Notes: a model not told the origin generated them from the letters alone. A DNA stretch of 64,000 nt from Candidatus Altimarinota bacterium (GCA_039809385.1 JBDHUY010000012.1:1-64000), one strand, 5' to 3'. Positions 26,952-36,469 are shown, counted from the stretch's first letter. Program-made: numbers and translations.

Positions 26952-28709
26952 CTAGCTCTCCCGTTTTCCCGCCAGCAACATCTCCATCGCATGCTCCATC
27001 GAACCGGCCGGCGTAATTTCGCCCGCATTGATAAAAAAGATCTGGTCGGCGTTTTTGATCGTGTTCAGACGGTGCGCGATGATCACCCGGGTCGTGGTAG
27101 CGGGGAGTTTTTCTAAAATATCCTCCAGCATTTTCTCGGTCACCGTATCGATATTGGCCGTAGCCTCGTCCAAGATCAGCAGTTCGGGTTGACGCAGTAC
27201 CGCGCGCATAAACGCAATTAATTGCTTCTGTCCCAGGCTCACGCTGTTGCCGCTGGTCACCACCGGCGTATCCAGCCCCTGGCCAAAGCGCGACAAAAGT
27301 TGCGAAAGATTGACTTCCTCTAACAGTCGTTCCACCTGCGTGTTGGTATAATCCCGATACGTCGCGTTGCCGTAGAGGATATTGTCGCGTACCGTCCCGG
27401 TGAACAAAAATGGGTCTTGTAGAATAAAACCGATCTTGCGGGCGCGTTCCTCGGGAGTGTACGAGCGGATATCCCGTCCCGACAATCTGACCATCCCTTC
27501 TGACGGATCGTACAGTCGTGCCATCAGCGAAGCCGTCGTTGTTTTACCCCCGCCGGTAGGACCGACCAGGGCGTAGGTTTTGCCCTGCTTAAGCGTAAAG
27601 TCGACATGCTGTAACACCGCTTTGCCGTCGGGGTAATGAAACGCTACGTCGGTAAAAGAGAGCAACACATCTGTCCGGTCGTTTTGGAGTTCGGACGGGA
27701 TCACCGGCATATCGGATTCCAAAGCCAGTACTTCGAAAATCCGGTCGAACGCAGCCAGTGCCAGTTGCAGTGATGACCAGATCGTCGAAAGCTGTCGCAT
27801 CGGAAAATAGAAATTGTTTACATATAACAGGTATCCCACCAGCAGGCCCAACGTCAGATTTTCCTCCGTTATCAACAGCAGACCAAGCAGTACCGTTACC
27901 AGCTGGGCCAGATGCGCCGCCAGACCGTACAGCGGCAAAAAAACATTGTTGGCCGCGCCGGCTTTGAGCGAGGCGCGGAAATTTTCCTCATTCGCCGTAC
28001 TAAACTTCTCCCGAAAATAATCGGTGCGATTAAAAGCCACGATCACCCGGAAATTGCTCAAGCCTTCCTGGATCGCGGAACTCATGGCACCGGTAGCCTG
28101 TAAACTAACCGCATTACGGCGTCGTACCCAGCCGGACAAAAGCTGCGACAACACGATCGCCCCCAAAGCTGGCAGCAGTGTCGTTACTCCCAGACGAATA
28201 TTGAGCGACAGTAAAAAAATACCCGCCCCGCTCATGACGAAAAAATTCCCGACAAACTGCATCAGCGCCTGCGAAAAAAACTGGTTGAGTTTATCGGTAT
28301 CGTTATTGATGCGCGAGATTAGATCGCCGGTTTTGTTCTGGTTGAAAAATGCTACCGGCAGCTCCTGGAGCTTGTTAAAAATACTGTTCCGCAAGCTGAA
28401 CAGAATCCGCCGACCGACGCCGCCCATGATCTTGGTTTGCAGGTAGCTGGCAGCCAGGCCGACGACAAAGATGCCGAGTAAGACAGCGCTCCATTGTACG
28501 ATACCGTAAAAATCCCGAATCGGTACATAGGTGTCCAGGGTATAGCCGATGATAACCGGAGCCAGCAGTGTCGAGAGCGAATTGAAGAAAATGGCGATAA
28601 ACGCCAAGATCAGACTTGTGCGTTCTTCCCGAATAAATGGCGCCATGCGCCTGAAAGCGACTAGCAGTCCCCCCTGCTGCGGCCGGGATGTATTAAGCGT
28701 GTAATTCAT
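26952..28709 (-). CDS. ABC exporter (TMD+NBD), heterodimer subunit
   Basis: Walker A GPTGGGKT, signature SLGQKQ, Walker B ILDEAT, IAHRL. Confidence 0.92.
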   Translation of the reverse strand: MNYTLNTSRPQQGGLLVAFRRMAPFIREERTSLILAFIAIFFNSLSTLLAPVIIGYTLDTYVPIRDFYGIVQWSAVLLGIFVVGLAASYLQTKIMGGVGRRILFSLRNSIFNKLQELPVAFFNQNKTGDLISRINNDTDKLNQFFSQALMQFVGNFFVMSGAGIFLLSLNIRLGVTTLLPALGAIVLSQLLSGWVRRRNAVSLQATGAMSSAIQEGLSNFRVIVAFNRTDYFREKFSTANEENFRASLKAGAANNVFLPLYGLAAHLAQLVTVLLGLLLITEENLTLGLLVGYLLYVNNFYFPMRQLSTIWSSLQLALAAFDRIFEVLALESDMPVIPSELQNDRTDVLLSFTDVAFHYPDGKAVLQHVDFTLKQGKTYALVGPTGGGKTTTASLMARLYDPSEGMVRLSGRDIRSYTPEERARKIGFILQDPFLFTGTVRDNILYGNATYRDYTNTQVERLLEEVNLSQLLSRFGQGLDTPVVTSGNSVSLGQKQLIAFMRAVLRQPELLILDEATANIDTVTEKMLEDILEKLPATTTRVIIAHRLNTIKNADQIFFINAGEITPAGSMEHAMEMLLAGKRES

Positions 28710-30450
28710 ACTGCTGCGTGCTATGTTGAGAGAGATAAATCTGGGCATACTCGGGAGACGTTTGCAATAAATCCCGATGGCTGCCCGTAGCCAGGATTTC
28801 GCCTTCCATTAGCAGAATGATCTGGTCGTAATCCTGAACCGAGGCGATCTTTTGGGTTACCGAAATCAGTGTAATCCCGGGATACTTGCGGCGCACGTTG
28901 TCGAGAATCTTTTTTTCGGTATTCGCATCCACCCGGGCCGTAAAATCGTCCAACAGTAAAACCCTGGGATCGAGCGCCAGTGCGCGGGCCAGCATGATAC
29001 GCTGTTTTTGGCCTCCCGACAGCGAGGTGCCGCGCTCCGAAATGACTGTATCGAGACCTGCGGGCAGGGTGTCTATAAAATCATGCAATTCGGACGTGTC
29101 GATCGCTTTTTGCAACGCCTCAGCGCTGACGTTTTGATTGAAAGCGATATTTTCACGCAGAGTAAGGTTAAAGATGATGCTGTCCTGAAACACGAATCCG
29201 ACCTGGCAGTGCAGCTTTTCCTTGTCGTAGAGATCAAGTTCCGTCCCGTCGTAACGAATCCGACCCGCAGTCGGTTTGACCAGTCCGGTAAGCGCGTACA
29301 TCAGCTGGGTTTTGCCCGCGGCGGTCGGACCGATGATGGCGGTTCGGGTGCCGGCTTCGACGCTGAACGAGATATCCCGCAGCGCCGTTTTTTCGCCAAA
29401 AGCCAGTGTCAGCGTATCCACTTCGATACGGCCGGTAAGGTCTTGTATAACCGTTCCGGTTTCTCTGCTATCGGGAGCATCCAGCACCATCGCTATGCGC
29501 TGGTAAGATGCCGAGGCTTGCGCGATGACGTTGGTCATGATGCCGATCAGCAGCACCGGAAATATGAGCACGGCCAGATAGTTATTGAAAGCGCTGAAAT
29601 CCCCGATCGTCATACTCCCGGAGACCAGATAGTGACCGCCCAGCGCCAAAATGATCAGCGTCGCCATATTGGTGGCAAAGGTAATTGCGGGAATAAGCGC
29701 GGCAAACAACGCCAGAATGCGTAAGCTGATCTCCCGGGCACGGGTATTGGCTTCGACAAATTTCTGATACTCGTAGTACTGGGAATTGAGCAGCCGAATC
29801 AGCGCCGCACCCAAAATACTTTCGTTGATCACTTTGTTCAGCCAGTCGATCGCCTCCTGGGCTTTTTTAAACAATTTCCGTACCCGGCTAAAGACCAGAT
29901 AAAAGGTGACTCCCAAAAACGGTACGATCACCAGCACCGCCAGGGCCAGTTTCCAGTTGATCAGAATGAGCAGCGTACTGGCGCCGATGATCAGTACTCC
30001 CGAAGAGATGAGCGCCGAGATCGCCTGCGCTACAAAGTTTTTTACCGCATCGACATCCGAAGTCAGATTGGTCAGCAGCTTGGCCGGCGTGATCTCTTCG
30101 ATCGTGATAAAGGTCTGGCGCGAAATTTTATCCGCCAGGCGGTTCCTGAGATCCCGGGCTACCCGTTCCGATGCGTAGATCTGTACCATGCTCTGGACAT
30201 AGGTGAGCAGGAAAAACATGCTTGCTACCAGGCCGAATTCGACCACAAATGTTACCATGGCAAACGTCCCCGCCACATAGCTGTCGATTGCTCCGGCGAT
30301 CATTTTCGGAACGACCAGATTGAGAGCGTTCGTCACCAGAGTCAAGATGACCAGCAACGTGAGCGGAAATTTGTATGGAGACAGTAAAGAGAGCAGGCCC
30401 GCTTGGCGGGACGCCTTGTAATCGGGATTGTGACGCAGGGTGGAGGACAT
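28693..30450 (-). CDS. ABC exporter (TMD+NBD), heterodimer subunit with degenerate site
   Basis: GPTAAGKT, LSGGQKQR, degenerate Walker B LLDD and switch Q (VTQK). Confidence 0.92.
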   Translation of the reverse strand: MSSTLRHNPDYKASRQAGLLSLLSPYKFPLTLLVILTLVTNALNLVVPKMIAGAIDSYVAGTFAMVTFVVEFGLVASMFFLLTYVQSMVQIYASERVARDLRNRLADKISRQTFITIEEITPAKLLTNLTSDVDAVKNFVAQAISALISSGVLIIGASTLLILINWKLALAVLVIVPFLGVTFYLVFSRVRKLFKKAQEAIDWLNKVINESILGAALIRLLNSQYYEYQKFVEANTRAREISLRILALFAALIPAITFATNMATLIILALGGHYLVSGSMTIGDFSAFNNYLAVLIFPVLLIGIMTNVIAQASASYQRIAMVLDAPDSRETGTVIQDLTGRIEVDTLTLAFGEKTALRDISFSVEAGTRTAIIGPTAAGKTQLMYALTGLVKPTAGRIRYDGTELDLYDKEKLHCQVGFVFQDSIIFNLTLRENIAFNQNVSAEALQKAIDTSELHDFIDTLPAGLDTVISERGTSLSGGQKQRIMLARALALDPRVLLLDDFTARVDANTEKKILDNVRRKYPGITLISVTQKIASVQDYDQIILLMEGEILATGSHRDLLQTSPEYAQIYLSQHSTQQYELHA

Positions 30451-30573
30451 GCACGGGAGGTTAAAGAAAACGCTGAAATTGATAAAAAAAGGAGAAGAAA
30501 GGGCAGAGCGCGTCTTTGCCGTATGAGGAGGCAGATTCATTCCGTTCTTTGTTTTTTTTGGATAACCTGCTTC

Positions 30574-30999
30574 TTAGAGTACTTCGGACAGTTCTTTCAG
30601 TAACCGGGTCAGACGGAGTGTTTTGTTGGTGCCCAGCTGACGTAACCCTTGTTTCAGACATTGCGCACCTCCCGTAAACGGGATCCGCTTCAATAGATTT
30701 TTGCCCCGTTTCGTAGTCCTCAGCTGGATCTTGCGGCGGTCGCTGACATCGGGGAGTCGTTCCAGTAATTTGAGCCGTTCCAGCGTATCGATCGATGGAA
30801 CCAGCGATGGTGGGCGCATCAGCAGCGTGGCGGATATTTCCTGCAGCGTTCTGTGCTCTTTCGCTATATGCTTCAACACCGAATACTGCAACAGCGTGAT
30901 GCCGGCTTTGTGCTTTACCAATTCTTCTTCCATGTCGCTGCGAATCCGCTTGATCAGCGTCCACAGCAGCTTTTGTACCTCCTGGGTGGAATCAGACAT
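30574..30999 (-). CDS. MarR family regulator
   Basis: ITLLQYSVL...LER.PD.SDRR...TKRG; upstream of the ABC pair. Confidence 0.88.
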   Translation of the reverse strand: MSDSTQEVQKLLWTLIKRIRSDMEEELVKHKAGITLLQYSVLKHIAKEHRTLQEISATLLMRPPSLVPSIDTLERLKLLERLPDVSDRRKIQLRTTKRGKNLLKRIPFTGGAQCLKQGLRQLGTNKTLRLTRLLKELSEVL

Positions 31000-31012
31000 G
31001 AGCGAACTGCTT

Positions 31013-31041
31013 AATTAGTAATCTAATTATTAGATATCTAA
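31013..31041. promoter_or_regulatory. Tandem TTAG-N4-CTAA palindromes, probable MarR operators
   Basis: AATTAGTAATCTAATT and TTAGATATCTAA just upstream of marR; minus-strand TTGACC at 31049-31054. Confidence 0.6.
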
Positions 31042-31277
31042 CTATTTTGGTCAAGCGTTTTTTGTTTTTCAAAAACCTGCCAATCTCCTTTGAATGTAGT
31101 CAAGAGAAACGTTCTTGGGATAATCCTGCTTTTTGCCCCGCCCGGGTGTCCCCGGAGTATCCTGCCGTTTGTTACACGGCACATTGTTCAGTGACAAAAA
31201 GATCGATCGGCTTGTTCCTACGATAAGAAAGTATTACGATCAAAACGTTCTCTGATGTTCATAAACATGACTTCTGT

Positions 31278-31823
31278 ATGAAAAACGCGCTTGTGTTTCA
31301 CGGTACCGGCGACACGCCCGATCGATACTGGTTTCCGTTTGTACGGGATTTTTTGGAGCGGCGCGGCTACGAAGTCTGGCTCCCGGCCCTTCCCAATGCC
31401 GCTACTCCCAATGTGCGCGACTGGCTGTCTTTCGTGCTGGAGCGGGGGCACGTTACCTCCGATACGCTCCTGATCGGCCATTCAGCCGGCTCGCAGCTCA
31501 TTCTAAATCTCTTAGAGACTCTTTCGGAACCGGTTCGTCAAGCCGTACTGGTGTCGGGATATGCCCGGGGCTTGCGGAAAAACGCCCAAACCGAGGAATA
31601 TGCTCCGCTGAATTGGGAAACGATCAAAACCAGAGCCGATCAATTTGTCTTTATCAATTCGGATAACGATCCGTGGGGCTGCGACGACCGGCAGGGGCGT
31701 CTCATGCTCGAACGTCTGGGTGGCATCCTGGTCATTCCGCACGGCGAGGGGCATATGGGCTCGACCAGCTTCTCTCAGCCTTATACCGAATTTCCCTTGC
31801 TGACCCGGTTGCTGGATGTTTAA
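31278..31823 (+). CDS. YdeN/RBBP9 family alpha/beta hydrolase
   Basis: VFHG, YWFP, GHSAG nucleophile elbow, SDNDP, GH. Confidence 0.9.
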   Translation: MKNALVFHGTGDTPDRYWFPFVRDFLERRGYEVWLPALPNAATPNVRDWLSFVLERGHVTSDTLLIGHSAGSQLILNLLETLSEPVRQAVLVSGYARGLRKNAQTEEYAPLNWETIKTRADQFVFINSDNDPWGCDDRQGRLMLERLGGILVIPHGEGHMGSTSFSQPYTEFPLLTRLLDV

Positions 31824-31835
31824 GCCCGGGATACG

Positions 31836-32155
31836 AAAAAAGACACTGTAACTTGGTAGTCAGGGAGTGTCTTGGTCCGATGAACCTTATAAGCGGCGGT
31901 GTAGTATGGAGTGCCGCTCAAGGCGAATCACCGGAAAATGAAGAGTCACCTTTCTTCGGGTGTCCCCCGACGTTTGCAGTCGGGGTGTCTGCTGCCGTGC
32001 TTTGGTTTGATTATCCCACAAACCGGAAGGGTTGCTTTTGTAGCGACCGGATCCGTCCTGATTCCGAGCTTGACACTGGGTCAATGGAACAGTAAAATAC
32101 GATCAAGCAAATGGTGTTTAAGAAAGTCTTGCTGAAGTTTTCAGGAGACTTTTTT
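31836..32155 (-). ncRNA. Candidate ~320-nt structured ncRNA, family unknown
   Basis: Eight consecutive hairpins; minus-strand TACAAT at 32156-32161; terminal hairpin plus U6 at 31836-31873; strand not certain. Confidence 0.45.
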
Positions 32156-32634
32156 ATTGTAAGTCCTTGCTGGTGAAGCAAAAACTGTATCGCACAGCAG
32201 AGAAAGAGGAAATCGCGAGGGAAATTTTCCCGGCACGAACTGCTCTTTCTCTACTGGTCCAGATTGTCAACGATCGGCAAGGTAAGAAAGCGGCCGCTGT
32301 ATCTCACCTGATTTTTTTTGAGATCTGTGTGTGTTATCAGAAAATTTTGTTTTCAAAACATAGTACTCCCTTCAAAAAAAATGGCAAATATTACCTCTTG
32401 AGCACAGACTATAAAAATGGTGTAATGATAATAGTGTGTACTAAAAGAGCTGTATAAAAGCCAAAAGAACAATTTCTTCATGTTCCCCAACGTCTTTTTA
32501 TTACAGCATTTGAAGAATGGATAGTCAGAAGCACGCATGCCAAGAAAGCTCGCAAGCGTTGCTTAGGGGAAATAGATCGTGCAAAGCAATTTCGCCTTTT
32601 ACGATGGACAATACTCTGAGTCAAAACATGCGAA

Positions 32635-33483
32635 TTACACGACTTGAAAGGGGATTGTCTGGACGACTTTCATCTGTTTCATGCGGGCAAATCGTTCATC
32701 CAGATTATTTTCGAGTATCCACTCGTGATGGGTTTCGGCGATCATGTTTTTATCGTCGACCGAGATCCCCTGCCACTCGAAATCGACGGATACGTTGATA
32801 GCCTGGTCGGGATTTTCGGATGCCTGAAAGTTTTTCGGGGTATGTCCGCTCATCTTTACCCGCTCAGAGATCGAAGCGATCCACTGCTCGAATTTTTCCC
32901 ACGAATCGGTGAGCCTGGTCGTGCTCAAATGCAGTTGGAACGAATCGGCGAGCAGTTCGCGGAAGCGCTCGGCTTTACCTCCCGCGGTTTCGATGCAGTA
33001 GAGCCAGTAGTGCATGAAGGACAACGCGCGGTTAGCCGGGTAGGCGTCGGTAAATAGGGGCGGATCAACCGGACCGGTGGGGATGAGTTTGAGCGAGGTG
33101 AAGACGGGCAGGTCGTTGGCGCGTTTTTTCAGGATGGTGGAATAGCGCAGCGTGTAGCTGTATTTACTCTGGTCGGGACGGATGTTTTGATACAGAATAT
33201 CGGCTTCGAGCGAGAGTGTTTCGGCATCGAGGGGCTTTACTTCGGTTTTTCCGACATGGTGCGCATTCAACCAGCCGTCAAACATTTTTAAGCGATCGCG
33301 TAGACCTTCTTTGCCCTTCGATATACCCAGCTGCGATTCGATCACAACGTCGTCGGCCAGAATATCGAGCTGGTTTCCAAAGCGCGCGTCGTTGATCGGA
33401 CGCTCGTAGATCTGGTACCAGCGGTGGTACTGGGTCAGAGCGAGGTGGGTGGTGGAGATGAATTGGAATGTATTAGACTGCAT
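32635..33483 (-). CDS. Hypothetical protein with two tandem NTF2/SnoaL-like halves
   Basis: Internal repeat HRWYQIYE...ILADDV / HYWLYCIE...LLADSF. Confidence 0.55.
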   Translation of the reverse strand: MQSNTFQFISTTHLALTQYHRWYQIYERPINDARFGNQLDILADDVVIESQLGISKGKEGLRDRLKMFDGWLNAHHVGKTEVKPLDAETLSLEADILYQNIRPDQSKYSYTLRYSTILKKRANDLPVFTSLKLIPTGPVDPPLFTDAYPANRALSFMHYWLYCIETAGGKAERFRELLADSFQLHLSTTRLTDSWEKFEQWIASISERVKMSGHTPKNFQASENPDQAINVSVDFEWQGISVDDKNMIAETHHEWILENNLDERFARMKQMKVVQTIPFQVV

Positions 33484-33562
33484 GTTTTTTAGCAAAAATT
33501 AGCATACCAATAATACGATAAGATACTCTATATTTCGTCAATAAGATATTTTTGATCAATAT

Positions 33563-34226
33563 TCATGAAAAATGTTTTGCCATAAACTGTCCAATTCCTT
33601 CAATCATCTTTAATACATCTTCTTTTGTATAATCAGCAAATTCTCCATGAGCCGCAGCGTTCCCTATATCCAGCCAAGCTTGGCAAAGTCTCCATTGGGG
33701 TTGGGGGTATATACCTTTTGATTTTAAATCATCATTCATTTTAGATGACTTGTCTTTATCATTAAGACCTTCTCTCTTGGCAATCCTTCTAAGTGAATCT
33801 TCAAGAACCACTCTAGCCAAAACCGCTGCGGGGTCTTTATATCCATTTGAATTTAAGTATTTTGCTTCTTCAAGAATATAATCAAATAACTCTCCGGCCA
33901 GAAGAAATTCGTGTCCAATCAAAAAGCCACTTTCTAGATCGTCTAATGAACCTAATAAAAGACCTCCGATGGCATTTACTTCATGTGAATGATAAGTCGC
34001 GATCTGAGTTAATTTCAATAGCTCATTAAATTGAATACTACTTTCTCCAAAAATTATTTTTATAATATTTTTTACTTTTATTAGCCAGGAGTGAAGTGAT
34101 GTTGTGTCATCAATATAATAATATCGCTCCATTTGCATGAGATCGCTCTAATGCTGCTACTTTTTTACCTTCAGCGATTAAATCTCTTAATCGGTCTGCA
34201 TAGAGTTTATTTTTGGTAAGATTCAT
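33563..34226 (-). pseudogene. DUF4145/HEPN-like protein, frameshifted near the 5' end
   Basis: C-terminal AAVLARVVLE...IGNAAAH; an upstream ATG at 34226 (MNLTKNKLYADRLRDLIAEG...) is out of frame with ORF 33563..34138. Confidence 0.6.
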
Positions 34227-34330
34227 AGGAGTATCAATTAACTTCTTATAAGCAAGCTCGCATAAAATAAGCTATTTTAAGTATATTCGTGTTGAAATAA
34301 AATGAAAACTTAGTGAGATTAAAAAACACT

Positions 34331-34467
34331 CGTCATTGCGAGGAAGCTCTAAATATGACTGACAGCAAGAGATTGTCCAGACGAAGCAATCCCTGCCTCC
34401 TGTTAAACCACGCACGAGATTGCTTCGAACCATCTCCGCTACCGCTCCGATGCTTCTCGCAATGACG
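34331..34467. repeat. CGTC-ended REP-like palindrome, copy 1
   Basis: Ends CGTCATTGCGAG / CTCGCAATGACG; inner CGAAGCAATC / GATTGCTTCG. Confidence 0.9.
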
Positions 34468-34493
34468 AAAACGTTGCGGCGGAGCACTGACCA

Positions 34494-34790
34494 TTAGACA
34501 AGCTCATCACCCAAATCCCTCCATTCCGGATTCATCCCCCGGATCAAATCAATCTTCCGCTGCCGCGAACCAGCCTTGATCTGCTTCTCGCGCCCAATCG
34601 CCTCCTCCATCGTCCCCAGCAATTCATAATAGACCAGTATCTTCACCCGATACCGGCTCGTAAAACTATTCTCATACAATTCCTCCCGATGCTTGAACGT
34701 GCGTGACACCAGATCGCTCGTCACACCTGTATACAGCACATTATGATTCTTGTTCGTCATGATATACACTGCAGGCTGCTTTTGATACAT
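34494..34790 (-). CDS. Small GIY-YIG endonuclease
   Basis: VYIMTN...LYTGVTSDL..R...H...YYE...AIGREKQIK...NPEW.DL. Confidence 0.92.
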   Translation of the reverse strand: MYQKQPAVYIMTNKNHNVLYTGVTSDLVSRTFKHREELYENSFTSRYRVKILVYYELLGTMEEAIGREKQIKAGSRQRKIDLIRGMNPEWRDLGDELV

Positions 34791-34832
34791 AGCTGACAAT
34801 ACAAAGGAAATACGTTGTACAATTCTTGCCCC

Positions 34833-34987
34833 CCTTCCCCGTCATTGCGAGGAAGCTGTGACAGGGCTAAAAGCTCAGGGCCTGGCAGACGAAGCAATCT
34901 CATCCGTGGCCAAACGAGAGGCAGAGATTGCTTCGTCGTATTTCTTCCGCTTCGCTCCAGAAATCCTCTTCGCAATGACGGGGAAGG
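34833..34987. repeat. CGTC-ended REP-like palindrome, copy 2
   Basis: Perfect 18-bp inverted ends CCTTCCCCGTCATTGCGA / TCGCAATGACGGGGAAGG; inner GACGAAGCAATCTC / GAGATTGCTTCGTC. Confidence 0.9.
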
Positions 34988-35064
34988 AAAGGTTTACCCC
35001 ATTTCAAGGATTGCTATAATAGACCCATCACGAGCGGAAAAGATCACCCCATAAGGTGTCGTCC

Positions 35065-35581
35065 TTACGGGACCTTTTCTTTATGCCCGGAAACAAGCTT
35101 CTTTTTCAGAGTATTGATAAATCGTAGATAGGGCAAAAAAATCTTGAATTTCAACAGAGCCGAAAATTTCTTCTCATTGGGAACCATAATCACTTTAAGT
35201 TTCTGCTGCTCCAAAAGATACTTCGCGAGACAATGAAAATCACCGTCTCCGGTAACCAAAACCGCCCCATCGTAATTTGGAAATTCAATCATCGCCTGCA
35301 ATACCATTTCGACATCACAATTTCCTTTCGTAGTACCATCTTTGTAGCGGAGCGTTGGCCGAAAAATACAGATAAATCCCGCATCCTGCAGATATTTATA
35401 CAAATCATTGTTTCCTTCCACATATCCGATGAATAAAAAAGCCTTCGATACGTCATATTTTTCCGTCAGATAAACACGAAAGCGTCGAAAAATCGAGCTT
35501 CCAGCCGAGCTCACGCACACTCAGGTTCAGATTTTAACTGTCGATAAAAGCGTAGCTGTTTTGCCGGGATGAAGAAGTCAT
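35065..35581 (-). pseudogene. NYN (LabA/DUF88) domain nuclease pseudogene
   Basis: MTSSSRQNSYAFIDS*NLNL (in-frame TAA at 35534-35536), then a +1 frameshift in the run at 35488-35492; KGNCD and VTGDGDF motifs. Confidence 0.85.
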
Positions 35582-35699
35582 ACAAACATGCTTCGATAGA
35601 AAACAACAATTCTGCGAGAGAACTGCTTTCAGTATATACGGAAAGAGAGAAAAATAAAAAATGACTTTCCTAACAAAGCCACCAATAAACGAAAACCTC

Positions 35700-35847
35700 C
35701 GTTATTGCAAGGAAGCTCTAAATATGACTGATCATAAGAAATTTTCCAGACGAAGCAATCCCCGCCGCTTATGTTCACTCCGCACGAGATTGCTTCGTCT
35801 TCTCATTTCAGCACTTTTAGCGCTGTAAAAGCTTCCTCGCAAAGACG
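35700..35847. repeat. CGTC-type REP-like palindrome, degenerate copy 3
   Basis: CGTTATTGCAAGGAAGCTCTAAATATGACTGA...GACGAAGCAATC...GAGATTGCTTCGTC...CTCGCAAAGACG; closest to copy 1. Confidence 0.85.
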
Positions 35848-35854
35848 GCGAAAA

Positions 35855-36283
35855 CTATCCATGCAACAGCACATTGCCACGTTCATCGATGGTCCAGAAC
35901 GGATTATACGCCACCTCCCACAGATGTCCGTCCAAGTCCCGGAAATAGCCGCTATACCCGCCCCAGAAAACTTTTTGAGGCTGTTTGACCGGACTGGCTC
36001 CCAGCGTCTGAACTTTCTCAAAAAAAGCATCGACCGCTGTTTCACTCTCCAGATTGATCGCCAGAGCAATACCCGAAAAACCGCTTCCTTCCGGAGAAAC
36101 GGTCGCATCCTCCGCCAGCAAATGCCGCGGATAGAGCGCAAAGACAAAACTGCCCATCGGGAAAAATGCCACGTCGTCGGTGGCCGTCGCCGTAGTCTGC
36201 CAACCGAGTCCATTTTTATAAAAATCGAGCGCGCGGGGAAAATCTTTCACGCCAAGAGTGATAACGGTGGGTTTTGAAGGCAT
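35855..36283 (-). CDS. VOC/glyoxalase family protein
   Basis: ITLGVKDF.RALDFY..GLGW; FWGGYSGYFRDLDGHLWEVAYNP. Confidence 0.9.
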   Translation of the reverse strand: MPSKPTVITLGVKDFPRALDFYKNGLGWQTTATATDDVAFFPMGSFVFALYPRHLLAEDATVSPEGSGFSGIALAINLESETAVDAFFEKVQTLGASPVKQPQKVFWGGYSGYFRDLDGHLWEVAYNPFWTIDERGNVLLHG

Positions 36284-36405
36284 ATCAAACAATGAGTGGA
36301 TAATCGATGCCAGTAAACTATACGATCATCCGAAAGTAAAGCTCCAGAGGAGGAAAATACCGCCATAGATCGTGGGAAAATAATTCGAATAGTCCATATA
36401 TGTGC

Positions 36406-36448
36406 TTGACTTCGTTTTTTTGTAATGCTACCTTGTTTACACAAGGTA
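36406..36448 (+). promoter_or_regulatory. padR promoter with overlapping palindromic operator
   Basis: TTGACT-17-TACCTT; TACCTTGT-N4-ACAAGGTA at 36429-36448. Confidence 0.65.
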
Positions 36449-36469
36449 CTATTTTACGAAAACAATGCT

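Noticed and set aside
31876-31935. Hammerhead ribozyme (CCGATGA...CGAAT)
   Set aside because: The core differs from CUGAUGA/GAAA at invariant positions and I could not form stems I and III.
31836-32155. RNase P RNA, tmRNA or SRP RNA
   Set aside because: Lacks GAGGAAAGUCC/ACAGAA, tRNA-like ends and the SRP GGAAGCAG motif on both strands.
32160-32634. Coding region between the candidate ncRNA and ORF 32635
   Set aside because: Only short, broken frames with no recognisable homology.
34272-35054. ORFs 34272..34487, 34757..34975 and 34815..35054
   Set aside because: Translations of the palindromic repeats.
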